Source: Bdellovibrionales bacterium (GTDB lineage: Bacteria; Bdellovibrionota; Bdellovibrionia; Bdellovibrionales; CAYMLA01). Taken from it: a stretch of DNA of 64,000 nucleotides. The notes under the pieces were generated by a model. The model searched no databases. It saw only the letters and a list, made by a program, of their open reading frames with translations, and was not told where the DNA came from. The stretch lies in the NCBI GenBank assembly GCA_965217115.1, contig OZ244239.1, positions 704,001-768,000 of the forward strand, read 5' to 3'. Shown here in pieces: positions 29,894 to 39,312 of the stretch (positions within the stretch are counted from its first letter, which is position 1; every line of letters starts with the position of its first letter). A program made the position numbers and the translations under genes.

Positions 29894-30056
29894 TGTTTGT
29901 TGTTAATTTTTTTATTGAAAAGACCATAGCACAACGTCACTCTAGATTTAATCTGTCTTGAAATATTTACATGAGATCACAAGAGAAAGTGATGGCAAGC
30001 CTGAACACGCTTAGTTATTAATAGCTATGTGAACAATTATGAGTAATTATAATTAA

Positions 30057-30893
30057 ATGAGACCAAACCTTTTTAACTACACCGATTATAGAGTCTTTTT
30101 AACAGACTTTTTTAATTACAAAAAAAACTGTAACTCAGGCTGGAGCTACAGAAGCTGGTCAAATAACCTGGGAATAAAAAGTAACGCCTCTCTTCTGAAG
30201 ATTATTAATGGTGATAGGGAAATCGGTAATGAAATAAAATTAAAGCTTTTAAGGTATTTTTCTTTCACAGAAGATGAAACCATGTATTTTGAAGACCTTA
30301 TTAGATTATCAAAATTTCGCAAAGACTCTAGACTCTCCCATTTAATTTTCAAGAACCTTGCAAAAGAACACAGCACTAAGCATTACCGTGCTCTTACACC
30401 TGAAGAATTTAAAAAAATTTCAAACTGGATATATTTTATTTTAAGCTCTTTATCGAGAAGATCTGGTATTAAAAACGATGCCGAATGGATAAGTCAGAAT
30501 TTTATCTTTAATACAGAGAAGGAAGAGATTCAGACAATTATTGACGACATGCTAGATAAAGAAATACTTCATTTAGATAAGAGTAAAAACATGCTCGTCT
30601 CTTCAGCTAAATCTCTGAGGGCCTACGAAGGACTTTCTAAAAGCACTGATGATATGAAGAAAATCCATACTCAATTATTAGAGATTGCAAAGGAATGTAT
30701 AAATAATCACCAACAAGGCGATCACAAAATAATATTACACGGTTTTTCGTTAAATGTATCTCAAGATGATATTCCAGCCATGAATGAAATGATATATGAA
30801 TTCTTTGACGAACTCACTCAAAAGTTTTCAGTAGAAAATACACGTTCTGCCTATCAATTACAACTGCAATGCTTTCCCTTAACCAAAACCTAA
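30057..30893 (+). CDS. TIGR02147/DUF4423-type putative transcription regulator
   Basis: FNYTDYRVFL.DFF..KK....WSYR..., IINGDR, ISNWIYFIL, YQLQLQCFPLT. Confidence 0.85.
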   Translation: MRPNLFNYTDYRVFLTDFFNYKKNCNSGWSYRSWSNNLGIKSNASLLKIINGDREIGNEIKLKLLRYFSFTEDETMYFEDLIRLSKFRKDSRLSHLIFKNLAKEHSTKHYRALTPEEFKKISNWIYFILSSLSRRSGIKNDAEWISQNFIFNTEKEEIQTIIDDMLDKEILHLDKSKNMLVSSAKSLRAYEGLSKSTDDMKKIHTQLLEIAKECINNHQQGDHKIILHGFSLNVSQDDIPAMNEMIYEFFDELTQKFSVENTRSAYQLQLQCFPLTKT

Positions 30894-31236
30894 CTTTATT
30901 AGGATTTTTGTGCGGTTTTTATCTTTTGAGAATAATTAGGATTGCTCTAAAACAAAAATTAATGGCCTCTTGGTTATAGGTGTTTTTGTTTTGAATCGAA
31001 CGGACTTCTTCATTTACCAGTATACTCAACTTTAGGCCTTTCCGGTGTGATTATTTATGAGTCAATTCGAAAATCACTCTGGCATTGCGTTAAACAGATT
31101 ACTTCTTGCTTATTTACGAAGGGGCGTGGAGAGTAGAAGTTTCTTTAATTAAAGAAATTACAGGAAAGGCTCATAATAAAACCATTACTCATGTGAATAA
31201 ATAAAAAAAGGTGCTTTTAAAAGCGAACTCCAAAAT

Positions 31237-31839
31237 ATGGAAACTATGAATAAAATAAATGTTAATGACGTAGAAATTGACAGTTTTAGTCTTGAGGACG
31301 TTATTCATTTTACTAATTATTGGCACGATACTCCAAAGGAATTCTGGGAAGAGAGAGGGGTCACGCCTAATATCTTAATAAGTAGAGAGGAACACATAGA
31401 ACGTCTTAAAAAACGTGTCCTTAGTGATTCTATTTGTTCAGTGATATTTAAATCCCAGAGAATAGGTGTACATATACTTTCTCATCGTGAGGAAAAAAGT
31501 GCGCTTATGCATTCACACTATTGGAAAGCAAATTATCGAGGGTTAGGGATTGGCACAATAGCCTATGTTAAAGCAATGGAATGGTTTTTTTCTAATGCTG
31601 AATTAAAAAAAATTATCTTTAAAACTCCAAAAAAAAACATAGCTGCTAATCGAATAAAAGATAAACTTGGTATAAAAGCTCTCGGTGAAGTTATGTATAA
31701 GGGGCCAAAATTAAAAAATTCAGTCCCAGCTTTTTTATATGAGGTCAACGAAGAGAATTTACAAAATCTACGCTCTAAATTGCCCCCCATTTTGGCTCCT
31801 TATAAGGACCATTTTAACATAAAAAGTGGCCCTGGTTAG
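31237..31839 (+). CDS. GNAT-family acetyltransferase (RimJ/RimL-like)
   Basis: YRGLGIGT motif A, NIAANRIKDKLG. Confidence 0.75.
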   Translation: METMNKINVNDVEIDSFSLEDVIHFTNYWHDTPKEFWEERGVTPNILISREEHIERLKKRVLSDSICSVIFKSQRIGVHILSHREEKSALMHSHYWKANYRGLGIGTIAYVKAMEWFFSNAELKKIIFKTPKKNIAANRIKDKLGIKALGEVMYKGPKLKNSVPAFLYEVNEENLQNLRSKLPPILAPYKDHFNIKSGPG

Positions 31840-31939
31840 CCCCAGTAGGTCAAGCTCATAAAAAACTGGATTGTTTCTTTTTCAACTTCAATAATTAATA
31901 TTCTCTTAGTGCCGAATAGTCTTTCTAACCAAGTGATCT

Positions 31940-32824
31940 TTAAAAAACTAGTGGTTGAAACTCACTTTTAAACCAACATTTTGGCCTAGCTCCTATTTTG
32001 TCTCCATGTTTTTCGTGGCATACTCCAGCAAATTCATTATCAAAACTAATGAAATCATTTTGTTGGAGCCCCTCAAAATTGCACAAACTTGCTTGGTATG
32101 ATGTTGTCAAACGACATAGAGAACTAGCGTGATCTTGACGAGTTACATCAACCACTTCATTGGAAAATTTTAGAGTTGATCCTACACCATTTGTTTGAGA
32201 ATCATTTTCACCTGAATGATGCAGACGAAATTTATGGGCATCTAGAGATATCTTAATATTTTTTAGACATATCTCAAAATCCAAAGGCTTTTTAAACTGT
32301 TGTTTACAATCTTTTTTTACTTTTTCGGGGAGTAATTCAAGCCCACCCACATCAATTACTCTATTTGTGTCATCAGCTAAGACCTTCCTCACACAATAAA
32401 GAGATGCAAAATAGTCAGCTTGTCCTTCTGTTGGTGACCAAGATACATTTATAATTGATGCTCCTCCGATAAATGATTTGTAGGGGAATCCTCCTAAGTG
32501 ATGACCGACTTCGTGACAGACAACTTGTAGAAAGACTCCAGGTCCTAATTTTCTAGCATAGCCACCAAATAGCCTTATATACTTAGTGTCGTATTTCTGG
32601 TTTGAGTAAGCATTCGTTCTGGTAGAAAGCCAATCACCCTCAATCATAAACTTATAGCCTAGGCGCTCTATAATTGGAGTATAAATTTTCTTCACTTTAT
32701 CAATAATAAAGTCAAATTTTTCTTTTGATATCTTGCTATGAACAAAAGAACTTTCGGCCTGACAAATGGGTAGAAACAACCCTATTTGAAAAAAAATAAC
32801 TATCATCAATGCATACAATTTCAC
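31940..32824 (-). CDS. Secreted zinc metalloprotease-like protein
   Basis: Signal peptide, VCHEVGHHLGG, EGQADYFA, Cys-rich, RPKCWF. Confidence 0.75.
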   Translation of the reverse strand: MKLYALMIVIFFQIGLFLPICQAESSFVHSKISKEKFDFIIDKVKKIYTPIIERLGYKFMIEGDWLSTRTNAYSNQKYDTKYIRLFGGYARKLGPGVFLQVVCHEVGHHLGGFPYKSFIGGASIINVSWSPTEGQADYFASLYCVRKVLADDTNRVIDVGGLELLPEKVKKDCKQQFKKPLDFEICLKNIKISLDAHKFRLHHSGENDSQTNGVGSTLKFSNEVVDVTRQDHASSLCRLTTSYQASLCNFEGLQQNDFISFDNEFAGVCHEKHGDKIGARPKCWFKSEFQPLVF

Positions 32825-33256
32825 TGTGTGCTCCTTGTTATTTTTTTGACTCGCTTTGAATCTCTAACGTAACTATAAACGATATCGACACTTTAAGAAG
32901 GAGGATTATCTAGGAATGTAAAGTTTTCAGCCTCTTTGGCTTAAATCGGCATAAGCATTTTTGACTCCTTTTTGTTTGGCTAAAAGGGAGTCTCTTTGGC
33001 TAACTCCTTGTCTTTAATTAAAAATTTAGGCTCTTCCGAAGTAAGAACTTTGAATATACTGGGACCTTTTTGGAGATTAGTGAATTTATTACAATTTAAA
33101 ACTCTATAAAAATCACACTCCTACCAATAGATTATAGACGAACAACTGGAGTGGCGGTTTCTTTGGAGGGAATGAGTTTTATAGGAATTGACCGGCGCTT
33201 TGACTTAGCCTAAGATCGCGGAAAAATGGTCTCTGAACTGGTTTATAGGACAAAAA

Positions 33257-34198
33257 ATGAAAGAACATTTTACCACAGTTAAAGAAATAGCAACGGAACA
33301 TTTTGATGAAGAAAACAAGATTGGTGGCCTCAATGCAAATTTCTCTGAGTATTTTAACTTAAAGAGAATCGCCGCTCACTATTTTAAAATTCCATCAAAT
33401 TATCGAACATCAAAACCACACGCTGAAAGCCTGGAAGAAGAGTTTGTCTATGTTATCTCAGGTAAGATTGACTTGTGGCTAAATGGAAGAATCAAGACAA
33501 TGACCAAAGGCGATTCGATAGGATTTCCTCCAGGCACAGGGGTTGGTCACACTTTTATAAATAACTATGAAGATGATGCTCAACTTTTTGTTTCTGGCGA
33601 AAGAACAAAACCAGATAATCAGTATAGGTTTCACTTAGAACCTCATTTAGAGAAAGAGTGTGGGAAGCACTGGTGGGCAAATATACCAGAGCAAAAACTT
33701 GGTGGTCACAATGGTTTGCCTGGAAGTTTTGATTCCTCATTTTACGATAATGATATTCAAATCTTCAACGGGCTGGATAACATTCCTAATAGTAGCTACT
33801 CTTACCCTGGTGATGATGAGACTTTTACTAATGGAGTTTGTTTAAGTGAAGAATTTAAACTTAAAAGAACAGTAATTTGGCTAGAGAGGATGCCCGTTGG
33901 TAAAAGGAGTTCATGGCCTCATGCCCATGCAATGGAAGAAGAGTTTGTCTATGTTTTGGAGGGAAACCCTACTGTGTGGCTAAATGGTCAAAAAACAAAG
34001 AATAGCCCAGAAACAGGCGTAGACTTCAAGGCAGGGTCAGGAGTGGCACATACTTTGATAAATGAGACTGATAAGGAAGTTTTCTATCTTTGCGTTGGTG
34101 AATCTGAAACAGAGAATGATAAAATATTCTATCCAGAACACCCTGAACGCAACGAGCAAATGAGAAAAGAAGGCTCCTTATGGGATGACAGACCATGA
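33257..34198 (+). CDS. Tandem (bi-)cupin protein
   Basis: Two repeats of S..PHA...EEEFVYV..G...GTG.(G/A)HT.IN. Confidence 0.9.
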   Translation: MKEHFTTVKEIATEHFDEENKIGGLNANFSEYFNLKRIAAHYFKIPSNYRTSKPHAESLEEEFVYVISGKIDLWLNGRIKTMTKGDSIGFPPGTGVGHTFINNYEDDAQLFVSGERTKPDNQYRFHLEPHLEKECGKHWWANIPEQKLGGHNGLPGSFDSSFYDNDIQIFNGLDNIPNSSYSYPGDDETFTNGVCLSEEFKLKRTVIWLERMPVGKRSSWPHAHAMEEEFVYVLEGNPTVWLNGQKTKNSPETGVDFKAGSGVAHTLINETDKEVFYLCVGESETENDKIFYPEHPERNEQMRKEGSLWDDRP

Positions 34199-34369
34199 TA
34201 GTAAAAGAAGGGCACACTGTATGTTATCCGAATCCTCTTGATTTAAAAATTGAAGATCAAACTAACTGAAGCTAATAATTTTTTTTAACAAGAAAGTGCT
34301 TGGGCAAATAGCTTTGAAAGAACTAAATAGACTGTTTTTTAATTATTTTGCAAAACCTTCTGACACTCC

Positions 34370-34470
34370 GGCGGTTCCCCCAAAAAACTAGAAAACTTGA
34401 AATTTGAGTCCAGCCATGCCAAAAGACACCAAGAAGACCCAAATGAAGAACCGATTCACAGAAGAACGTT
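34370..34470 (+). mobile_element. IS3-family left-end remnant with the start of orfA
   Basis: GCGGTTCCCCCAAAAAACTAG end-like sequence, then ATGAAGAACCGATTCACAGAAGAA (MKNRFTEE). Confidence 0.5.
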
Positions 34471-34543
34471 CTTGCTCAAAAAATCGATTTTTGACAATTT
34501 TTGTTACAGTTGCAAACCGTTGCTTTAGTATATAGAAGTCCAA

Positions 34544-35704
34544 GTGGTCTCAGTTCCTCAAAATATAGACTTGGTAAGAAAATTGCTCTCGAGGGTAACA
34601 ATGAGGAAGATGTTAAGCCCTATTCTACTATTTACGCTCTTTGTCCCTTGGCAGGCCAATTCTTCAATCTGTCATGAATTATTTGAGGCTTCATTCAACA
34701 GTAGAGCCTCTGAACAGAAATACTCCGAAGTGATATCTCTAGTTCAGCAAAAAGATGGTGTTTTTTTTAAACCTACTGAGTACTTTTCTTCTAAGGATAA
34801 AAATTTTCAAAAACTGGTGGATTTGGCTATGCTTCTTTCCTCGAAAGAGAGAAGCTCTGTTATCAAATTAATTAATGCCCTCTCTGAAAACAACTTTAGA
34901 GGAGGAAAATTTATTATTGAGAATCCTCGCTTTATTTTTAAACTAATTTTACAAGATAAGGGAGCATGGGATATTTTCTTAAAAATCTCTTCTGAAAATA
35001 TTTTTTATACTGCGAATGTCATATTGAAACGAATGCAACCAATAATAGAACAGTTCGAAGTGGATTTTAAAATACGACTACTGGAAAATCTAGGGAAACA
35101 ATATTTCTCTCTGAAAAAGATCAATACTAATTGGACAGGACCTAAACGTTTAGCAGACGGAATAATGTCACACCTCTACCCTCCTAAGGATTTTTTTATC
35201 TCATCTATATCCTCAAGAGAATCCACTGCCGAAGTGTATGGTCGCTACTTAAAAAAAATAAACTCTCTTATTAGGCAAAGAAATGAACCTCAGTATAACG
35301 TGAATGACATCATCTATTTAGCAAAACTTTATCAAGAAAAATTGAAGGAAGGCGAAAGTCTCATAATCGTAGGTAGTTTTCCCAATGGAAAGGCCAAAAT
35401 CGACACTTCTGATATTGATGTTTTTTTAGAAAATATTTCATATGGAAAATATTTTTCTGAGATTGACTCTGCCTTTAATCAATATCTGTTAAATCAAAAT
35501 AAATTGAATCCACGCCTGGAATCACACAGCACCCCTGCTACTTTTAATTTGTCCGAACTAGCGATAGTTAGCCCAATACAAATTAAAGTTACAACAGAGC
35601 AAATTGACCTTCTTGTCTACCCACCAATCAATATAAATCGTCGTGATATTAATTTAAAAAATCTCTCCTGGCCTCAGCCTGATGTTTATCCCTTAAGCTT
35701 GTAA
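34544..35704 (+). CDS. Exported protein with a C-terminal pol-beta nucleotidyltransferase-like motif (start probably MRKML/MLSP)
   Basis: Signal peptide followed by SICHELF; IIVGSFPNGKAKIDTSDIDV fits hGS-x-DhD. Confidence 0.6.
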   Translation: MVSVPQNIDLVRKLLSRVTMRKMLSPILLFTLFVPWQANSSICHELFEASFNSRASEQKYSEVISLVQQKDGVFFKPTEYFSSKDKNFQKLVDLAMLLSSKERSSVIKLINALSENNFRGGKFIIENPRFIFKLILQDKGAWDIFLKISSENIFYTANVILKRMQPIIEQFEVDFKIRLLENLGKQYFSLKKINTNWTGPKRLADGIMSHLYPPKDFFISSISSRESTAEVYGRYLKKINSLIRQRNEPQYNVNDIIYLAKLYQEKLKEGESLIIVGSFPNGKAKIDTSDIDVFLENISYGKYFSEIDSAFNQYLLNQNKLNPRLESHSTPATFNLSELAIVSPIQIKVTTEQIDLLVYPPININRRDINLKNLSWPQPDVYPLSL

Positions 35705-35956
35705 CTAAGAAATAGTCGTGCAAAAATATATTTTTTTGCCATATTTACTCCTTAGAGTCGCTTTGGTTAATTCCTTGTTTTTAATTAAAATTAGCTTCTT
35801 TATTTGCCAGTATCTTCGACTTCAGGCCTTTTCGGTGTGATTATTTATGAGTCAATTCGGTGAATTTGTAACTTTTTCTAAAACAAAAATATCTATAGTG
35901 CTTTTTTGTCTAGTGGATATAATGCATTAAAAAAAAATTAAGGAAAGGAGAATAAG

Positions 35957-36496
35957 ATGAAGAAAATGATAACCATATTTTTTGTAGTGATGTCTCATTC
36001 GTATTTCAGTTATGGCATAACTAAGACTTATAATGTCCCAGCAGGGTACGGGACGCCAGCAGATAATATTATTCACATTACAGTAGACGAAGATGGAATC
36101 AGTATCAAAAAAAATAATATTTCTGGGCTACCTGTTGCCTTTGTTTCTGAATTTTCTCCTGGGGTGCAAGTTTTAAAAACAACCCCTCTTATAAGAGATA
36201 ATTCTAACTGCCTAATTTTAAGAAATTCTGCAAATAAATTGGCCTCTAGATCAGTCAGGACTATTTATTTTTGTGATGACTATATTGTTCATACCAGCCA
36301 AGACGATATCGAACCTGCTTGGATAACTAAATATGTATACAATGAAGACTCTAAAAATACTGATTTTGTTGGTAAAGGCTCTTCGTTCAAGCTGGATTAT
36401 TGGCCTCAAGCTAAATTGTTATTATTTAGGGCCGGATCTTTTTTATTTGATAAAGATATTTCCGGCAAGGGCTGGCTTAATCCTAGCACTAGATGA
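35957..36496 (+). CDS. Secreted hypothetical protein
   Basis: Strong RBS AAGGAG, signal peptide. Confidence 0.7.
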   Translation: MKKMITIFFVVMSHSYFSYGITKTYNVPAGYGTPADNIIHITVDEDGISIKKNNISGLPVAFVSEFSPGVQVLKTTPLIRDNSNCLILRNSANKLASRSVRTIYFCDDYIVHTSQDDIEPAWITKYVYNEDSKNTDFVGKGSSFKLDYWPQAKLLLFRAGSFLFDKDISGKGWLNPSTR

Positions 36497-36703
36497 TCAA
36501 AGTCCTAGCCGACACAAGGCTAGGGGGATTCTACTGGGGCTACTTTGCTGATCTGTGCCCCATATTCTGTACAGGTTAATAAAAAGAGATTCAAATAAAA
36601 CCTCGGCATTTAGCTGGGGTTTTACCTTATTAATCCCTATATTTAAATAAAAGGGGGCTATTCTTAGCTGTATATACTTTTTTATTTTGCATAAACTCTC
36701 CTA

Positions 36704-36940
36704 CTTTAATCAATATCTGTTAAATCAAAATAAATTGAATCCACGCCTGGAATCACACAGCACCCCTGCTACTTTTAATTTGTCCGAACTAGCGATAGTT
36801 AGCCCAATACAAATTAAAGTTACAACAGAGCAAATTGACCTTCTTGTCTACCCACCAATCAATATAAATCGTCGTGATATTAATTTAAAAAATCTCTCCT
36901 GGCCTCAGCCTGATGTTTATCCCTTAAGCTTGTAACTAAG
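36704..36940 (+). repeat. 237-bp duplicate of 35473-35709 (3' end of the NTase-like gene)
   Basis: Identical by eye, offset 1231 bp. Confidence 0.95.
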
Positions 36941-36959
36941 CCACAGCTAGGGCTTTCAT

Positions 36960-37251
36960 AATTCGCAAATACTCTGCTTTAGAGGCTGTTTGAGTTTTCG
37001 AAGTTCACTCACTCCGAGCCCTGCATACTTCTTTTTCTAAGTATAGAAGGTTTGTTCAATGACACCAAGACCTCGACAAATCTCTCTTGGCTTTTCTCCA
37101 GCTTCGCTTCTGTGGAGCGCATAAATCCTTTGTTCTTCGCTATATCTTTTTTTTTCATAGGCCCTCCCTAGGACGAGTAGGACCTCTTGTCACGCCGCTT
37201 CTCACACCGCTTCTCAAGTTTTACGTGGCTCAGTTATTTGGGGAGAAGTCA
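36960..37251 (-). mobile_element. IS3-family (IS407-like) remnant: left end plus broken orfA
   Basis: End TGACTTCTCCCC; MKKK/RYSEEQRIYALHRSEAGEKPREICRGLGVIEQTFYT*KKKYAGLGVSELRKLKQ with a frameshift and an internal stop. Confidence 0.85.
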
Positions 37252-37262
37252 GTAGCTATTAT

Positions 37263-37478
37263 TTAGATTTTTTTAGAATCAGATTTAATATCTTTAGATA
37301 AAATATCTAGAATAATAGCTGTTTTTAACAACTGGGACTGCAATGTCAATTCGGATGTATTTTTGTTTTCTTTTATAGCACCTTGTTTGTCCAATAGATT
37401 ATTAATTTGCTCCACCCTACCGGCAAACAGAGTAGGGTTAACAACAGAGTTTGGATTAAATGGATTTTGTTTGCTCAC
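37263..37478 (-). pseudogene. Internally deleted paralogue of the ICE AAA ATPase (N- and C-termini fused in frame)
   Basis: NPFNPNS.V.PTLFAGR.EQI joined to GAIKENK.T.ELTLQS.LLKTAI.LDI, both matching 45573..46781. Confidence 0.9.
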
Positions 37479-37540
37479 AATAAGCCTTAATATTCAGATT
37501 TATAGCTACTTAAGAATAATTTAGTCTATCATCTTATATT

Positions 37541-37642
37541 TGTCACATATTTAAGGCTAAAATTACATATTTATAACATATTTAAGTCTAAAATTACATA
37601 TTTATAACATATTTAAAGGGGAAATTACATATTTGAAGCATA
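37541..37642. repeat. 31-bp tandem repeat (~3 units) with phased CATAT boxes
   Basis: CATAT(T) at 37546, 37566, 37577, 37597, 37608, 37628; homologous to 46866-46975. Confidence 0.85.
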
Positions 37643-37643
37643 G

Positions 37644-37719
37644 CTGAGCCACGTAAAACTTGAGAAGCGGTGTGAGAAGTGGCGTGACAAGCGGTCCTAC
37701 CCGTCCTAGGGAGAGGTCA
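37644..37719 (+). mobile_element. Second, inverted copy of the IS3 left-end region, ending in a terminal-IR-like GGGAGAGGTCA
   Basis: Reverse complement of about 37164-37233 with a few mismatches. Confidence 0.75.
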
Positions 37720-37731
37720 ATGGTGTAAAAA

Positions 37732-38256
37732 CTAAAAAACTGGATCGATTCTTTTGCAAGAATAAGTTACTTCCTGCTTGTTTCTATAATCGTTAACAGA
37801 GTTAAAAGTTGCAGTCCACTCATTAGATAGATCTGGTAAAGAGTCACTAGGGTTTTCTGATAAAGAATCATAAGGCTCTCTTAATACAGATGGTGTGAAA
37901 GTTACTTTTACTACAGTGCCGATTACTTCCTTGGGCTTATCATCAGAGTACCATGTACCGCCGCAACTAAAAGGACGATTATCTTTTAATGCTCTTGTAG
38001 ACTGCGATGAACATACCACATTTGCTTGGCGAAATTCATGGGTAATGCTTCCGAGTAGATTATAATTTTCACCTGAATAGCCAAGTTTTATATTTTTAAA
38101 CTCATTAAAATCACACAACAGCAAAACTGTAGTCAGTTTGGCATATATTTGCCATTCTGGATTGTGGCCTGAGGGCAGTTTATCACTACTGGCACATACT
38201 TGCCTAAAGGCTAAAGTCACAAGGATTACAAATATTTTTTTCATAAAATTCTCCAA
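37732..38256 (-). CDS. Secreted hypothetical protein
   Basis: Signal peptide from MKKIFVIL. Confidence 0.65.
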   Translation of the reverse strand: MENFMKKIFVILVTLAFRQVCASSDKLPSGHNPEWQIYAKLTTVLLLCDFNEFKNIKLGYSGENYNLLGSITHEFRQANVVCSSQSTRALKDNRPFSCGGTWYSDDKPKEVIGTVVKVTFTPSVLREPYDSLSENPSDSLPDLSNEWTATFNSVNDYRNKQEVTYSCKRIDPVF

Positions 38257-38409
38257 TTTTAAGTATCTAAATCAATAGCAGAATTTTATGCTTGTAAGTA
38301 GAGAAAGTTGGAAATAGTAATTTTTTCAATAGGCGGTTTCCCCCAAATGTCGGCCTTACTGCCCAAGATGTCACTAAAAACTTTAATTCTTGAAAGCCCC
38401 ACGTCCCTC

Positions 38410-38510
38410 ATAATATCTCTGAGTTATTCTTGCTTGCCCGATAACTTTGCAGGCGCGACGTTCACTCACATTATGGATTTTAATAGCGTGAGTGACCGTT
38501 TTCTTTTTCA
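38410..38510 (-). mobile_element. IS3-family orfB N-terminal fragment
   Basis: Manual translation KKTVTHAIKIHNVSERRACKVIGQARITQRY matches the VSERRAC..G..RST.RY signature. Confidence 0.75.
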
Positions 38511-38716
38511 ATTTCTTTAAATCTCTTGGCTGCTTGTAAGGGAAATGGTCCTGAGAGGTATAAATAACTGGAAGACTTACAAAAAATGCAAAAGATTTCC
38601 GAAAACTTGCTTTTTTCTTGGTTTGGCGTAAATATTCATTTGAATAAGCAAATTGTGAGTAAAGCTGATAATTAAACCATTAAATTTAGTTTTCAGAAAA
38701 ACTATAGAGGTAATTT

Positions 38717-39094
38717 ATGTTTAAGGGTCGTTCTGATCACCTTGTTCTTGCGAGTAACTCCATTACGAAAACACGAAATTTTTACGAAGAAACTTTAAAG
38801 CTAGAACCTGGCACAGTTCAAGACAACTATGTGACATATGAACTTAATGGATTTTACTTGTGCTTTAAGCAAGTAAAAAAACAACAAAACTTTGGCTTAG
38901 CCGTGATTCACTTGGGAATTGATTTCAAAACTCAGACAGAGGTGAAGGACTGGTTCGATAGGCTTCAAAACCTGAATCTAGATATTTCTGAGAAAATTCT
39001 TGGAGGGATAGGAAAAGGGCCATTTCGATTTTATATTAAAGACCCTGATGGATACACTCTTGAATTTGAAACCTGGGAAGGGGCTTCTAACTAA
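38717..39094 (+). CDS. VOC/glyoxalase-family protein
   Basis: DHLVL, TRNFYEETL.L, IHLGI, FYIKDPDGYTLE. Confidence 0.9.
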   Translation: MFKGRSDHLVLASNSITKTRNFYEETLKLEPGTVQDNYVTYELNGFYLCFKQVKKQQNFGLAVIHLGIDFKTQTEVKDWFDRLQNLNLDISEKILGGIGKGPFRFYIKDPDGYTLEFETWEGASN

Positions 39095-39099
39095 TAGAG

Positions 39100-39228
39100 A
39101 TTGCGAAATACTGAGAAATACGGTTCATTTTCACTTTATGCCACCCTAATGATTACAAATACTTAACATCACTAAGGTCAATTTTGGTCTGAAGAAACCT
39201 TGAAAAAATCAGAAAAATAAATGGTCGG
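39100..39228. repeat. att direct repeat, integrase-proximal copy
   Basis: 129 bp matching 63802-63930 with one mismatch; ends in TGGTCGG, the tRNA 3' end. Confidence 0.93.
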
Positions 39229-39312
39229 AGAAGGACTCTCTCTCAATGCATTGATTTAACTAATTTTCTACAACTTCCGTGGACCAAAAGTTACCCGAAA
39301 ACTAAAACTACA

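Noticed and set aside
36687..36935. 82-aa ORF as an independent gene
   Set aside because: Chance fusion of an ICE scar with the duplicated 3' end of 34544-35704
38308..38520. 70-aa + strand ORF
   Set aside because: Antisense to an IS3 orfB fragment
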